Source: an uncultured Helicobacter sp. (GTDB lineage: Bacteria; Campylobacterota; Campylobacteria; Campylobacterales; Helicobacteraceae). Taken from it: a stretch of 64,000 nt of DNA. The stretch is taken from assembly GCA_947177485.1 (NCBI GenBank), contig CAMWUR010000004.1:271-64270 (forward strand), read 5' to 3'. The translations under genes and the position numbers were made by a program. Shown here piece after piece: positions 9,572 through 20,521 of the stretch. How positions within the stretch are numbered: position 1 is the first letter of the stretch; every line of letters starts with the position of its first letter. The notes beneath the pieces are model-generated. The model made no database searches and was not told where the DNA came from. It saw only the letters and a list, made by a program, of their open reading frames with translations.

Positions 9572-12031
9572 GTGGCAGAATATATGGAAGAAAGCATTCA
9601 GAATATCAAAATCAAACAATCCGTTGAGGAAAGCTATCTTGAATACTCAATGAGTGTGATTATCGGACGTGCGCTACCTGATGCACGCGATGGGCTCAAG
9701 CCCGTTCATCGCAGGATTCTCTATGCGATGCATGAGCTGGGCATGGGCGCACGTAGCCCTCACAAAAAAAGCGCGCGCATTGTCGGGGACGTGATAGGAA
9801 AATACCACCCACATGGCGATAGCGCTGTGTATGACGCGCTTGTACGTATGGCGCAAGATTTTTCGATGCGCTTGCAGCTCATCGATGGGCAGGGCAACTT
9901 TGGCTCGATGGACGGCGATAGCGCCGCTGCAATGCGCTATACCGAAGCGCGTATGACATTTGCAAGCGAAGAAATTTTGCGCGATATTGAAAAGGAGACT
10001 GTTACTTTTATTCCCAATTATGACGGCAGCCAACAAGAACCCGAGGTGCTGCCCAGCAGGATTCCAAATTTGCTTGTCAACGGCAGCAATGGAATCGCAG
10101 TGGGTATGGCAACAAACATTCCGCCACATCGCCTAAGCGAGGTGATTGATGCGACATTGCATCTCATCGACAATCCCGATTCAAATCTCGCCGAGATTAT
10201 GCAACATTTGCAGGGTCCCGATTTCCCCACAGGCGGCATTATCTATGGCAAACATGGAATCAAAGAAGCCTATCAAACGGGGCGTGGGCGCGTCAAGGTG
10301 CGCGCCAAAACACATATCGAAAACACAAAAACAAAAGATTTAATTATCATCGATGAGCTGCCCTATCAAGTCAATAAGGCTCGCCTTGTCGAACAGATTG
10401 CCGAGCTTGCAAAAGAAAAGGCGATTGAAGGAATCAGCGAAGTGCGCGATGAGAGTGATAGAGAGGGCGTGCGGGTTGTTGTCGAGCTCAAGCGAGATGC
10501 AATGAGCGAGATTGTGCTCAATCATCTCTTTAAATCCACACCAATGGAGAGTACGTTTGGAATCATCTTATTAGCCATTTGCGATAAGCGCCCCAAAATC
10601 TTTACGCTCATTGAGCTTTTGCAGCTTTTTATCAACCACCGCAAGAGTGTGATTATCCGCCGAATCATCTTCGAGCTACAAAAGGCTCGCGCGCGCGTAC
10701 ATCTACTCGAAGGATTGCGCATTGCGCTTGAGCATATCGACGAGATTGTCGCGCTTTTGAAGGCGAGCTCTGACCCAAAAGTTGCTAAAACCGAGCTGAT
10801 TCATCGCTACACATTGAGCGAGATTCAGGCGCAGGCAATTCTCGATATGCGTTTGCAACGGCTCACGGGGCTTGAACGCGATAAAATCGAAAAAGAATAC
10901 CAAGAATTGCTTGAACAGATTGCGGGGCTTGAGAAGATTCTCAAGAGTGAAGAGGAACTCAACAATGTTATCAAAGCCGAGCTATGCGAGGTGCGCGAGA
11001 GATTCTATGACGAGCGGCGCACTGAAATTGTCGAAGATTATGAAAGCATTGATGAAGAAGATTTAATCCCCGATGAGAATGTTGTCGTAACGATGAGCCA
11101 CCGCGGCTATGTCAAGCGCGTGCCGATTCGAATCTATGAAAAGCAGCACCGAGGTGGCAAGGGCAAGATTGGTGCAAACACGCATGATGATGATTTCATC
11201 GAGAGTTTCTTTGTCTCGAGCACTCATGACACAATCCTTTTCCTCACCGACAAAGGGCAGCTCTATTGGCTCAAGGTCTACAAGATTCCCGAAGCAAGCC
11301 GCACGGCAATCGGTAAGGCGGTTGTGAATCTCATCAATCTTGCAGCAGGCGAGAAGATTAAGGCAACGATTACGACAAAAGACTTTGATAGCAACAAATC
11401 GATTGCATTTTTTACAAAAAAGGGCTTGATGAAGCGCACGAACCTTAGCGAGTTTAGAAACATTCGCTCGGTTGGAATCCGCGCGATTAGCCTCGATGAT
11501 GACGATGAACTTGTGATGGCAAAGATTATCGACAATGAGCAGGCGCAGCAAGTGTTGGTTGTTACATACCATGGCATGGCAGTGCGATTCTTGGCAAACG
11601 AAGTGCGCGATACGGGGCGCAACACGCGCGGTGTAACGGCGATTCGATTCAAAGAAGACAATGACTATGTGACAGGTGCAACGGTGATTGATTCAGAAAG
11701 CGAGGAAATTTTGAGCGTCAGCGAGCAAGGAATCGGCAAACGCACGCAAGCATGTGAATACCGCATGACCAAGCGCGGCGGCAAGGGTGTGATTGCGATG
11801 AAGCTCACGCAAAAAACCGGGCAGCTCGTGGGCATTGTGAATGTCGATGAGAGCATGGATTTGATGTTGCTCACGGGCAATGGCAAGATGATTCGTGTAG
11901 ATATGCAAGCCATTCGCAAGGCGGGGCGCAACACAAGCGGCGTGATTATCGTCAATGTCGCCGAAGGCGAGAAGGTCGTCTCGATTGCCAAATGTCCCAA
12001 AGACGAAGAGGAGCAGGCATTGTTGCAATGA
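9572..12031 (+). CDS. gyrA: DNA gyrase subunit A
   Basis: 819 aa with QRDR-like [17 protein letters not shown]. The start is ambiguous between GTG 9572 and ATG 9584. Confidence 0.95.
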   Translation: MAEYMEESIQNIKIKQSVEESYLEYSMSVIIGRALPDARDGLKPVHRRILYAMHELGMGARSPHKKSARIVGDVIGKYHPHGDSAVYDALVRMAQDFSMRLQLIDGQGNFGSMDGDSAAAMRYTEARMTFASEEILRDIEKETVTFIPNYDGSQQEPEVLPSRIPNLLVNGSNGIAVGMATNIPPHRLSEVIDATLHLIDNPDSNLAEIMQHLQGPDFPTGGIIYGKHGIKEAYQTGRGRVKVRAKTHIENTKTKDLIIIDELPYQVNKARLVEQIAELAKEKAIEGISEVRDESDREGVRVVVELKRDAMSEIVLNHLFKSTPMESTFGIILLAICDKRPKIFTLIELLQLFINHRKSVIIRRIIFELQKARARVHLLEGLRIALEHIDEIVALLKASSDPKVAKTELIHRYTLSEIQAQAILDMRLQRLTGLERDKIEKEYQELLEQIAGLEKILKSEEELNNVIKAELCEVRERFYDERRTEIVEDYESIDEEDLIPDENVVVTMSHRGYVKRVPIRIYEKQHRGGKGKIGANTHDDDFIESFFVSSTHDTILFLTDKGQLYWLKVYKIPEASRTAIGKAVVNLINLAAGEKIKATITTKDFDSNKSIAFFTKKGLMKRTNLSEFRNIRSVGIRAISLDDDDELVMAKIIDNEQAQQVLVVTYHGMAVRFLANEVRDTGRNTRGVTAIRFKEDNDYVTGATVIDSESEEILSVSEQGIGKRTQACEYRMTKRGGKGVIAMKLTQKTGQLVGIVNVDESMDLMLLTGNGKMIRVDMQAIRKAGRNTSGVIIVNVAEGEKVVSIAKCPKDEEEQALLQ

Positions 12032-12420
12032 GAATCTGTGTTGGCATGCTCATGCTCGCTTTTGCATGTGCGCATGATTTCTATATCTTTTCATATCGCG
12101 CCGCAATGCGCAATGGCATGCTGATTAACGAAGATTACAATGTCGCACGGAGTATGAGCATTCCCAAAGTGTTTGCGATTAAAGCCACATGCGAGATTGG
12201 CGAGCCGCTTGGCGAACTCACGGTGTTTTACCGCCTGCGCACCGACAAAGACGCGATGTTACTATGTTTCATGCGCAATGGAATCGGGCTGCGGGACGAC
12301 ACCACAGTGCTCAACCTCGCGAGCCGCTCGACAACCACGTTTTGGATTGCGCCTGTGGTGCTGCGCGCGCGTGAGATTGACGGCTATGCGGTTGTTGAAA
12401 TCTTAGACATAAAGGAGTAG
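12028..12420 (+). CDS. hypothetical secreted protein or lipoprotein (positional equivalent of H. pylori HP0702)
   Basis: ORF 11992..12420. The ATG at 12028 overlaps the gyrA stop (ATGA) and gives a signal-like N-terminus, [14 protein letters not shown]. Confidence 0.55.
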   Translation: MRICVGMLMLAFACAHDFYIFSYRAAMRNGMLINEDYNVARSMSIPKVFAIKATCEIGEPLGELTVFYRLRTDKDAMLLCFMRNGIGLRDDTTVLNLASRSTTTFWIAPVVLRAREIDGYAVVEILDIKE

Positions 12421-12423
12421 CAG

Positions 12424-13566
12424 ATGAAAATCGCGATTATCGAAGATGATATTAACATGCGCAAATCGCTCGAGATTGCTTTGGGTGAATATCCCGAGTT
12501 CCAAATCGTTGCATTCAAAAGCGCCAAAGACGCGCTTAAAAAGCTCGATGATAGCTTTGAGCTGATTATTACCGATATTAATATGCCCGGAATGGACGGA
12601 ATCGAGTTTTTGGAGCAGCTCAATGGGCGCTATGAGGCGATTATCATCACAGGCAATGCGACATTGAATAAGGCGATTGAATCGATTCGGCTAGGTGTCA
12701 AGGATTTTCTGACGAAGCCTTTTGAGGTTGAAACGCTCGTTGCCGCGATTCGACGTTCGGCAAAGGCGCAAAAGGTGCAGAGCAAGAATCCGATTGCAAG
12801 CGATTCAAACAAAGACTTCATCGCGACTTCGCCAACCTTTGAAAAAGTTCTCAAACTCGTCTCGAAAGCCGCAAACACCGATGCGTCTATCTTGCTTTTG
12901 GGCGAGAGCGGCGTGGGCAAAGAGGTGCTTGCACAATATATCCACAACAACTCGCCGCGCGCCAAAGCGCCGTTTGTCGCCATCAATATGGCGGCTATTC
13001 CCGATAATCTGCTTGAATCCGAGCTGTTTGGCTACGAAAAAGGCGCTTTCACAGACGCCACAGAGGGGCATAGCGGCAAGTTTGAAGCCGCGCATGGCGG
13101 GACGATTTTCCTTGATGAAATCGGCGAAATGCCGCTTGGGTTGCAGGCGAAGATTCTACGTGTTTTGCAAGAAAAAGAGGTTGTGCGGCTTGGCAGCAGC
13201 AAGCCGATTAAGGTCGAGTTTCGCGTTGTCTCGGCAACAAATGCAAATATCCAACAAAAGATTGCCAACCATGAATTTCGCGAAGATCTTTTCTTTCGTC
13301 TCCAAACCATTCCCGTGCAGATTCCGCCGCTGCGCGAGCGCAAAGAGGAGATTTTGCCTTTGTGTGAGGCAAAGCTTGCTGAAGTCTGTACGCAATATGG
13401 TTTTGCGCCCAAAACATTGAGCCAAGAATCCAAAGATTGTCTGCTTGCGTACAATTGGCCCGGAAACATTCGTGAGCTTCTTTCTGTCGTCGAACGTGCC
13501 GCGATTTTGAGCGAGAGTGATGAGATTGACACCGAAGATTTATTTCTTTCAAGCCGAAGCGGCTAG
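12424..13566 (+). CDS. flgR: sigma-54-dependent flagellar response regulator (NtrC family, no C-terminal DNA-binding domain)
   Basis: Receiver domain plus AAA+ domain (GESGVGKE, GAFTDA). The protein ends just after the AAA+ domain. The gyrA-flgR synteny matches H. pylori. Confidence 0.85.
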   Translation: MKIAIIEDDINMRKSLEIALGEYPEFQIVAFKSAKDALKKLDDSFELIITDINMPGMDGIEFLEQLNGRYEAIIITGNATLNKAIESIRLGVKDFLTKPFEVETLVAAIRRSAKAQKVQSKNPIASDSNKDFIATSPTFEKVLKLVSKAANTDASILLLGESGVGKEVLAQYIHNNSPRAKAPFVAINMAAIPDNLLESELFGYEKGAFTDATEGHSGKFEAAHGGTIFLDEIGEMPLGLQAKILRVLQEKEVVRLGSSKPIKVEFRVVSATNANIQQKIANHEFREDLFFRLQTIPVQIPPLRERKEEILPLCEAKLAEVCTQYGFAPKTLSQESKDCLLAYNWPGNIRELLSVVERAAILSESDEIDTEDLFLSSRSG

Positions 13567-13586
13567 ATACTACATAAAGGATTTTT

Positions 13587-14114
13587 ATGCGTTTTTTATT
13601 TTTTTTCTCTCTTTTGCTCGCACCACTCTTCGGGGCTTTTGAAACACTCAAAACCTTGCAGGGCGACTTCATGCAAGAGATTACCACACTTGAGGGCGAA
13701 ACGATTGTCTATCATGGCAAACTCTATCTCAAAAAGCCCGTACATGTGCGTTGGGACTATGTCTCCCCGACAACCAAACATCTCTATTTCGATGGCAAGG
13801 AAGCGATGATTTATGAGCCCAAGCTCGAGCAGGTAACGATTATCACAATCGATGATAAGGTGCTCGATTTTTCTGCGCTTTTGCGCAATGCAAAGAAACA
13901 AAAAGATGGGCGCTACCGCGCGATGATTGAGGGCAAAGAATATGTCTTGAATGTCGATTCTAAAGAGCTGCCCGCGAGTATTGAATATCTCGATGAGTTT
14001 GAGAATCACGTCAAGATTGTGTTCGAGAATTGCCGCTCGAATGTGAAAATCGCCGATTCTGTGTTTGAGTTTCATCCGCCAAGCCATGTGGACATCGTTC
14101 GGCACAATCGCTAG
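13587..14114 (+). CDS. lolA: outer-membrane lipoprotein carrier protein LolA-like
   Basis: 175 aa with a signal peptide and the LQGDF..Q motif, upstream of secA as in H. pylori. Confidence 0.65.
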   Translation: MRFLFFFSLLLAPLFGAFETLKTLQGDFMQEITTLEGETIVYHGKLYLKKPVHVRWDYVSPTTKHLYFDGKEAMIYEPKLEQVTIITIDDKVLDFSALLRNAKKQKDGRYRAMIEGKEYVLNVDSKELPASIEYLDEFENHVKIVFENCRSNVKIADSVFEFHPPSHVDIVRHNR

Positions 14115-14170
14115 ATTCTTGTGGCTTGTTTTATGCTAAAATTCACGATAAAAATATAAAGGTTTGGGAG

Positions 14171-16732
14171 ATGATTCAACGCATTTTCGCTTCTATCTTT
14201 GGCAGCACAAACGACCGACAAATTAAGCTGTATCGTAAAAAAATCCAACGTATCAACGAGCTTGAATCTCATTATCAAAGCATGAATGATAGCGAGCTTC
14301 GCGCTGCGTTTGATGCCCTGCGCCAAAAGGCGCGCGAGGGGCAGAGCCTCGATTCTCTTTTGCCCGATAGTTTTGCGATAACGCGCGAGGCGAGCCGCCG
14401 CGTTTTGAACATGCGCCATTTCGATGTGCAGCTGATTGGCGGAATGGTGCTGCATGAGCATAAAATTGCCGAGATGAAAACGGGCGAGGGCAAGACGCTT
14501 GTTGCGACATTACCTGTCGTGCTGAATGCTATGACGGGTCTTGGCGTGCATATCATCACCGTGAATGATTATCTTGCCAAACGCGATTGCAACGAGCTCG
14601 CACCATTGTATGAGTTCTTGGGTTATTCTGTCGGGGTCGTTACGAGTGATTGTGTCGATGACGCACAGCGAATCGAGGCATACAAATGCGACATCACGTA
14701 TGGCACAAACAATGAATTTGGGTTTGATTATTTGCGCGACAACATGAAATACGCGCTCGAGGACAAGGTGCAGCGCACGCACCATTACGCGATTGTCGAT
14801 GAGGTGGATTCGATTCTGATTGACGAAGCGCGCACGCCGCTCATTATTTCAGGACCAGCGAACCATAAGCTTGAACATTACAAAAAGGCAAATGAAATTG
14901 CGCTCAAGCTTGTTGTCGATGAGGATTTCACGATTGACGAAAAAAATCGTGTGATTCTGATTACCGAAAGCGGCGTGAGCAAGGCACAGGCGGGATTTGG
15001 GATTGAGAATCTTTATAGCATTGATAACGCGATTCTTGCACATCAGCTTGACCAAGCCTTGAAGGCGAATTATCTCTTTGCTAAAGATAAAGATTATGTC
15101 GTCCAAAATGGCGAAGTCGTGATTGTTGATGAATTTACGGGGCGCTTGAGTGTTGGGCGGCGCTTTAGCGAGGGCTTGCACCAAGCACTCGAGGCAAAAG
15201 AGGGTGTGGTGATTAAGGAAGAGACGCAAACACTTGCTGACATTACCTTTCAAAATTATTTTCGCCTCTATGACAAGCTCGCAGGAATGACGGGCACAGC
15301 CCAAACGGAGGCGACAGAGTTTTTGCAAATCTATGGGCTCGAGGTTGTGAGCATTCCCACCAATGTGCCGATTCGGCGACAGGATTTGAACGATTTGATT
15401 TATAGCACAGAAAAAGAAAAGTTTAGCGCCGTGATTGCCAAGATTGCCGAGCTCAATGCGCGCGGGCAGCCTGTGCTCGTGGGCACGGCTTCGATTGAGA
15501 AGAGCGAGATTCTGCATGCGCTACTCAAAAAGCAGAGAATCCCGCACACGGTACTAAACGCCAAGCAACACGCCAAAGAAGCAGAGATTATCAAAGACGC
15601 GGGCACGAAGGGCGCTGTAACGATTGCCACAAATATGGCTGGGCGTGGCGTGGATATTAAGATTACAGACGAGATTCGCGAGCTCGGCGGGCTGTATATT
15701 ATCGGCACAGAACGGCACGAAAGCCGCAGAATCGACAATCAGCTCCGCGGGCGAAGCGGACGGCAAGGCGACCCAGGCGTGAGCCAATTCTATTTGAGCC
15801 TCGAGGACAATCTGTTGCGCATTTTTGGCAGCGAGAAGATTCAAGGAATCATGCACAAACTCGGGCTCAAAGAGGGCGAGCATATCGAATCGCGGCTCGT
15901 TACGCGCTCGGTGGAAAAGGCGCAAAAGAAGGTCGAAGAGCGCAATTTTATGGCACGCAAGCATTTGCTTGAATATGACGATGTCGCCAACGAGCAGCGC
16001 AAGGCTGTGTATCGGTTGCGCAACGAGCTGCTGACACCCGATTATGATTTGAGCGAACGGATTGTTGACAATCGCCAAAGCAGCGTTGAGAATCTGCTGC
16101 GCAAAAGCGAGATTTTCGAGGAGAGCGAGCCCGAGACATTTGCGCTCGACAAGCTTGCTGCGCATTTTCAAGAGGAATATAATATGCCCATGCCCGACAA
16201 TATCGCGCATGGCAGCTTCGAGGAGCTCAAAATCGCGTTGCTCGCCGTCTTGGAATACGCGTATAATGAGAAATTTTCGATTGCGCTCCAGCAGCGCGGG
16301 CAGATTGAGCGCATTATTTATCTGCAGATTCTCGACCAACTCTGGCGCGAGCATCTCTACCTGATGGACAATCTCAAGACCGGAATCGGACTGCGCGGTT
16401 ACAACCAAAAAGACCCGCTCGTCGAGTACAAGAAGGAGAGCTATAATCTGTTCCTCGAGCTGATTGAGAATATCAAACTCGAGGCGATTAAGGCGCTGCA
16501 AAGTGTGCAGCTGCGCAAACGCGAGGAGATTGACGAAGAGCTGCAAAAGAGCACGCAAGAGCTCAAGGACAGCGTGGGCGAAACACAGCTTAGCACAGAC
16601 GAAAACCCCGCGTCAAGCGCCAAAAAGCCCGCGCGCAACGACCCATGCCCATGTGGCAGCGGCAAGAAATATAAGAATTGCCACGGGGCGAGCGGACCCA
16701 AGAAGGGGATTGCGGCGCGAATCGAGGGGTAG
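14171..16732 (+). CDS. secA: preprotein translocase ATPase SecA
   Basis: ORF 14126..16732. The internal start [11 protein letters not shown] is the canonical N-terminus. C-terminal [14 protein letters not shown] zinc motif. Confidence 0.95.
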   Translation: MIQRIFASIFGSTNDRQIKLYRKKIQRINELESHYQSMNDSELRAAFDALRQKAREGQSLDSLLPDSFAITREASRRVLNMRHFDVQLIGGMVLHEHKIAEMKTGEGKTLVATLPVVLNAMTGLGVHIITVNDYLAKRDCNELAPLYEFLGYSVGVVTSDCVDDAQRIEAYKCDITYGTNNEFGFDYLRDNMKYALEDKVQRTHHYAIVDEVDSILIDEARTPLIISGPANHKLEHYKKANEIALKLVVDEDFTIDEKNRVILITESGVSKAQAGFGIENLYSIDNAILAHQLDQALKANYLFAKDKDYVVQNGEVVIVDEFTGRLSVGRRFSEGLHQALEAKEGVVIKEETQTLADITFQNYFRLYDKLAGMTGTAQTEATEFLQIYGLEVVSIPTNVPIRRQDLNDLIYSTEKEKFSAVIAKIAELNARGQPVLVGTASIEKSEILHALLKKQRIPHTVLNAKQHAKEAEIIKDAGTKGAVTIATNMAGRGVDIKITDEIRELGGLYIIGTERHESRRIDNQLRGRSGRQGDPGVSQFYLSLEDNLLRIFGSEKIQGIMHKLGLKEGEHIESRLVTRSVEKAQKKVEERNFMARKHLLEYDDVANEQRKAVYRLRNELLTPDYDLSERIVDNRQSSVENLLRKSEIFEESEPETFALDKLAAHFQEEYNMPMPDNIAHGSFEELKIALLAVLEYAYNEKFSIALQQRGQIERIIYLQILDQLWREHLYLMDNLKTGIGLRGYNQKDPLVEYKKESYNLFLELIENIKLEAIKALQSVQLRKREEIDEELQKSTQELKDSVGETQLSTDENPASSAKKPARNDPCPCGSGKKYKNCHGASGPKKGIAARIEG

Positions 16733-16791
16733 GGGGGAAGTGAGAGTATGAATAGGTTTGAATATTTAATGCTTTAAGATAGCATTATGTT

Positions 16792-18651
16792 ATGATTTAT
16801 GGCAATTTTTATTATAGCAATCCTTTAAGAAAGCTCATTGCTTTTGATGTGCAAGGCGTTTTGAATGCGCTAGAGTGCATAGAATCTACTCTTAAATCAA
16901 AGCAAAAAGGCTATTTTGTCGGGTATATGACTTATGAGGCAGGTGTGGCTCTCCAAGCCCATCAAGCAAAAGCATATCATCATCTTTATGAACGTATATG
17001 CGCCACAATGTCTTTACGTAGGCAACCCTTGCTTTATTTTGTCTTTTTTGCCAAAAGACGTAAGCTTAAAAACCTTTTTAACAAGACACATCACACTCAA
17101 TTGCCGCTATTTCTTTTGCAGGGGCTTGACTATGAGGACTACAAGAGTGGCTTTACACGTATAAAAACGCATATTTTAAAAGGTGAGAGTTATCAAATCA
17201 ACTATACTCACGAGCTAAAGCTTTGTTCTCAAGCACAGCCCGAGCAACTTTTTAAGCAGATTCTTTCTCATCAAAACACTGCATATAAAGCCTACATTAA
17301 AAACGCATTTGGTGAGATTCTATGTTTTTCACCCGAGCTTTTCTTTGAGGTCAAAAATCGCATAATCACTGCCCAACCAATGAAAGGCACAATACAAAGA
17401 GTAAAAACGTCTAAGCAAGATTTATTGCAAAAGCGCACATTACAGCAAGATAGCAAAAATCGTAGCGAAAATATGATGATTGTAGATTTATTGCGCAATG
17501 ATTTAAGCAAAATTATCAAGCCTCGCTCCCTGCGAGTAAAACATCTATGCAAGATAAAAACTTATCCCACACTGCATCAAATGGTCTCTACCCTGCAGGG
17601 TAGATTATCCAAACGGACTTCATTACGTGAGATTCTGTGCGCTCTTTTTCCTTGTGGTTCTATCACAGGTGCGCCAAAGCTTAAAACAATGGAGATTATC
17701 CATAGTTTAGAATCTCGCCAAAGAGGCGTCTATTGTGGCGCATTAGGCATGATTTCTAATCAACATACTTCCTTTTGTGTGCCTATTCGCACACTTTTTA
17801 AAGGCGCAGATGAGGACTTTTATCGCTATGGTGTGGGAAGTGGGGTCGTGTGGGATTCTGTATGTGAGAGTGAGTTTGCAGAACTAGAACTTAAAGCAAG
17901 TTTTTTGCAACCCACCCCTTTAGAATCTTTTGCACTCTTTGAAACAATGCTTTTTGAAAATGGACACATTTTTTTACTCCAAGAGCATTTAGAGCGGCTT
18001 TTGCACTCTGCGCGCAAATTTGGCTTTATTTGCAATAAATTTAGCGCATTTACTGCTTCCTTTGCACACTCGCATTTATCTTATCCAAAGATTGAATTTC
18101 CGCACATTGAGCCATTACACAAGCGAGATTGTGTGAAACAAACACAGGCATTTTTTCAACTTTTTAAACAGCAAATGCCAAAAGAGCGAGCAATATTGCG
18201 CTTAAGTCTTATGCCAAATGGCGCGTATCATCTTGAGATAAAGCCTTTTGTGCCTTGTGCTTGCACTCGTGTTCTATTGTCTCAACATACACTCAATTCA
18301 CATAATCTATTTTTATACCATAAATCCACGCAACGCAACCATTTTGCAGATTCTATAAAACTCATAGAATCTAGCGTGGTGTTTGATGTCCTGTATTTTA
18401 ACCAAAAGGGTGAGCTATGCGAGGGTTCGCGAAGTAATATTGTGCTTGAGATAGAGGGGAGATTCTATACACCAAAGCGCAAAAGTGGATTGCTTGGTGG
18501 CACTTTGGCTCAAGCATTGCTCCAAAGTGGAGCGATAAAGGAAAAAACTTTAAAACGCAAACATCTTGCAAAAGCACAGAGAATCTACTGCATAAACTCT
18601 GTGCGCGGAGTGGTAGAAGTGCAGTTTGATTATGATAAGATTTATCAATGA
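16792..18651 (+). CDS. pabB: aminodeoxychorismate synthase component I fused to aminodeoxychorismate lyase (PabB-PabC fusion)
   Basis: 619 aa. The N-terminal part has chorismate-binding enzyme motifs (PCGSITGAPK, GVYCGALG). The C-terminal ~240 aa is class IV aminotransferase/ADC-lyase-like. Visibly AT-rich. Confidence 0.8.
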   Translation: MIYGNFYYSNPLRKLIAFDVQGVLNALECIESTLKSKQKGYFVGYMTYEAGVALQAHQAKAYHHLYERICATMSLRRQPLLYFVFFAKRRKLKNLFNKTHHTQLPLFLLQGLDYEDYKSGFTRIKTHILKGESYQINYTHELKLCSQAQPEQLFKQILSHQNTAYKAYIKNAFGEILCFSPELFFEVKNRIITAQPMKGTIQRVKTSKQDLLQKRTLQQDSKNRSENMMIVDLLRNDLSKIIKPRSLRVKHLCKIKTYPTLHQMVSTLQGRLSKRTSLREILCALFPCGSITGAPKLKTMEIIHSLESRQRGVYCGALGMISNQHTSFCVPIRTLFKGADEDFYRYGVGSGVVWDSVCESEFAELELKASFLQPTPLESFALFETMLFENGHIFLLQEHLERLLHSARKFGFICNKFSAFTASFAHSHLSYPKIEFPHIEPLHKRDCVKQTQAFFQLFKQQMPKERAILRLSLMPNGAYHLEIKPFVPCACTRVLLSQHTLNSHNLFLYHKSTQRNHFADSIKLIESSVVFDVLYFNQKGELCEGSRSNIVLEIEGRFYTPKRKSGLLGGTLAQALLQSGAIKEKTLKRKHLAKAQRIYCINSVRGVVEVQFDYDKIYQ

Positions 18652-19241
18652 GTAAGAAATTGAAAAAAACGCCCAAAGTGCTCCTTATTGATAATTATGA
18701 TTCGTTTACATATAATGTGCTTTATTTGTTTAAAGAATGTGGCATAAAGTCGTTTGTTGTGCCAAATGATATATCTTTATTGGAACTAAAACAGCTTTGT
18801 AAAAGGCATTCTATCACTCACCTTATCATCTCTCCCGGTCCAAGCCACCCTTTAGAATCTGGTGTGTGTTTGGAGGCGATTAGGCATTTTGCCCCATATA
18901 AGAAGATTCTAGGAATCTGTTTGGGACATCAGTGTATCGCTCAAGCATTTGGAGGCGAGGTTGTTTCTCTTGCAAATCCCACTCACGGCAAAATAGCGCA
19001 TTTTCATTTTGCACCAAATCCTTTATTTAAGGGAGTAAAGCAAGGTGTCAAAATAGCATTATATCATTCACTCTATGTAAGTCGATTAGGACAATGTGAA
19101 GCATTAGGATATACTGAAAATGGAGTACTTATGGCTCTTAAAGCAAAGGATTATCAAAGCTATGGGGTGCAATTTCACCCCGAATCTATTTTGCAAGAGC
19201 AGGGCAAACGCATCATGCAAAATTTTCTTGCATTAGATTGA
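18648..19241 (+). CDS. pabA: aminodeoxychorismate/anthranilate synthase component II (glutamine amidotransferase)
   Basis: 197 aa with the GICLGHQ catalytic Cys motif and a 4-nt overlap with pabBC. Confidence 0.85.
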   Translation: MSKKLKKTPKVLLIDNYDSFTYNVLYLFKECGIKSFVVPNDISLLELKQLCKRHSITHLIISPGPSHPLESGVCLEAIRHFAPYKKILGICLGHQCIAQAFGGEVVSLANPTHGKIAHFHFAPNPLFKGVKQGVKIALYHSLYVSRLGQCEALGYTENGVLMALKAKDYQSYGVQFHPESILQEQGKRIMQNFLALD

Positions 19242-19390
19242 GAGAAATTTGCAGACTATGCAAAAGAAAATTGATATATAATCCAGAATCTAAGATAGAA
19301 ATCATCAAGACTACATCGCAGAAAAAGAGTATAGATTTAGAAAAATTTCAAGATTACTAATAATTTTTTCAAAATAATAAATCCTAGATT

Positions 19391-20521
19391 TTAGACATTA
19401 AGAACTTGGCGATACTCTTCTCGTATTCTATGGAGCAAAATATAAGAATCATTCCTGTACACTTCCCAATACATAAAGCCGTTCAGTCGATTTGTTTTTG
19501 CATTTTTTAATTGCGCAGCGAGAGTGTGCATGTCATAAATCTGCCCTTCAAATATGAGTTTGCCTTCCTGTGTGAGCGTTGCTTCAAAACAGGTATTTTT
19601 TAAATACAATTTTTCCCCAACATGCAAGAATCCAGCCGCAATCATTGCGCTCAAAGTCGCCTTTATGGATTTCTTGTCAAACTCTGCTTTTGCAATAGGG
19701 CTATCCTCAAACACGACAGAATCCAAACGTTGTTTGCCATAGTGAATATAATCCGTGTTTTGTTCCAGCATGATATAATGCCTACCTAATCTTTTTGCCA
19801 TTGCCGCTGTGGTCATCGTGCCGCCAAAGGGGTCGAGCACAACATCACCTATATGGGAACTAATCGCGATGATTCGATATAGCAAAGCTTCGGGTTTTTG
19901 CGTATTATGTAGTTTTTTGCCGCTAGAATCCTTGAGTCTTTCTTTGCCATTGCAAATGGGGATTTTCCAAACACTTCCAAGTTGTTTGCGTGTTCCATTT
20001 TCAAAATCAATAATTTCACAATTGAGTTCCTTTGCCGTTTTGTAGTTAAATGTATATTTCGCATTTTTATCTTTTGTCGCCCAAATCAATGTTTCATGCG
20101 CATTATTGAGCCGCGTGCCATGAAAATTAGGTGTGGGATTGCTTTTATGCCAAATCACATCATTAATGAACCAAAAGCCACGTTCTTGCATGATTGCCCC
20201 GAGACTATAAATACATTGCATTGCGCCAATCACCCACATGCTACCATTTGGTTTTAGGATTCTATGGCATTGTTCAAGCCACAGACGACTAAAACGTATA
20301 TAATCTGCATTATTGGCAAAAGCGTCCCAAACATCATTGCAACCGCGAAAATCGCTGCCTTCTGGACGTTGTAACCTGCCCTCAACGCGCATAAAATAGG
20401 GCGGGTCGGCAAAAATGAGGTCAATGCTCGAATCGGGAATTGTTTGCAACAGCTTGAGGCTATCGCCCTGCAAGATTTGATTGATTGGTAATGTGTTCCT
20501 CTCGTGATTTTGCATGCTCAT
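19391..20521 (-). CDS. beta-class N6-adenine DNA methyltransferase, CcrM/M.HinfI-like (predicted GANTC specificity)
   Basis: 376 aa. IFADPPY, NDVIWHKSNPTPNF, NAHETLIWA and HNTQKPEALLYRII are collinear with Caulobacter CcrM as I recall it. Confidence 0.85.
   Translation of the reverse strand: MSMQNHERNTLPINQILQGDSLKLLQTIPDSSIDLIFADPPYFMRVEGRLQRPEGSDFRGCNDVWDAFANNADYIRFSRLWLEQCHRILKPNGSMWVIGAMQCIYSLGAIMQERGFWFINDVIWHKSNPTPNFHGTRLNNAHETLIWATKDKNAKYTFNYKTAKELNCEIIDFENGTRKQLGSVWKIPICNGKERLKDSSGKKLHNTQKPEALLYRIIAISSHIGDVVLDPFGGTMTTAAMAKRLGRHYIMLEQNTDYIHYGKQRLDSVVFEDSPIAKAEFDKKSIKATLSAMIAAGFLHVGEKLYLKNTCFEATLTQEGKLIFEGQIYDMHTLAAQLKNAKTNRLNGFMYWEVYRNDSYILLHRIREEYRQVLNV

Noticed and set aside
11992-12027. 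The upstream start (11992) for the HP0702-like ORF.
   Set aside because: It would overlap gyrA by 40 nt and add a non-signal-like extension. The ATG at 12028 forms an ATGA overlap with the gyrA stop and exposes a signal-like N-terminus.
15554-16558. Long antisense ORFs inside well-supported genes: 15554..16558 in secA, 54865..55968 in argD, 61191..62174 in gltA, 44044..44814 in thiD, 3099..3905 in accC, 23591..24304 and 24890..25765 in carB, 31298..32026 in yedE, 5709..6341 in the G11 gene, and 33839..34474 and 34676..35362 in the reductase.
   Set aside because: Each lies fully within a gene on the opposite strand that has strong family motifs. Their translations are low-complexity and Arg/Cys/His-rich with no recognisable domains, which is the typical shadow-ORF pattern in GC-richer coding DNA.
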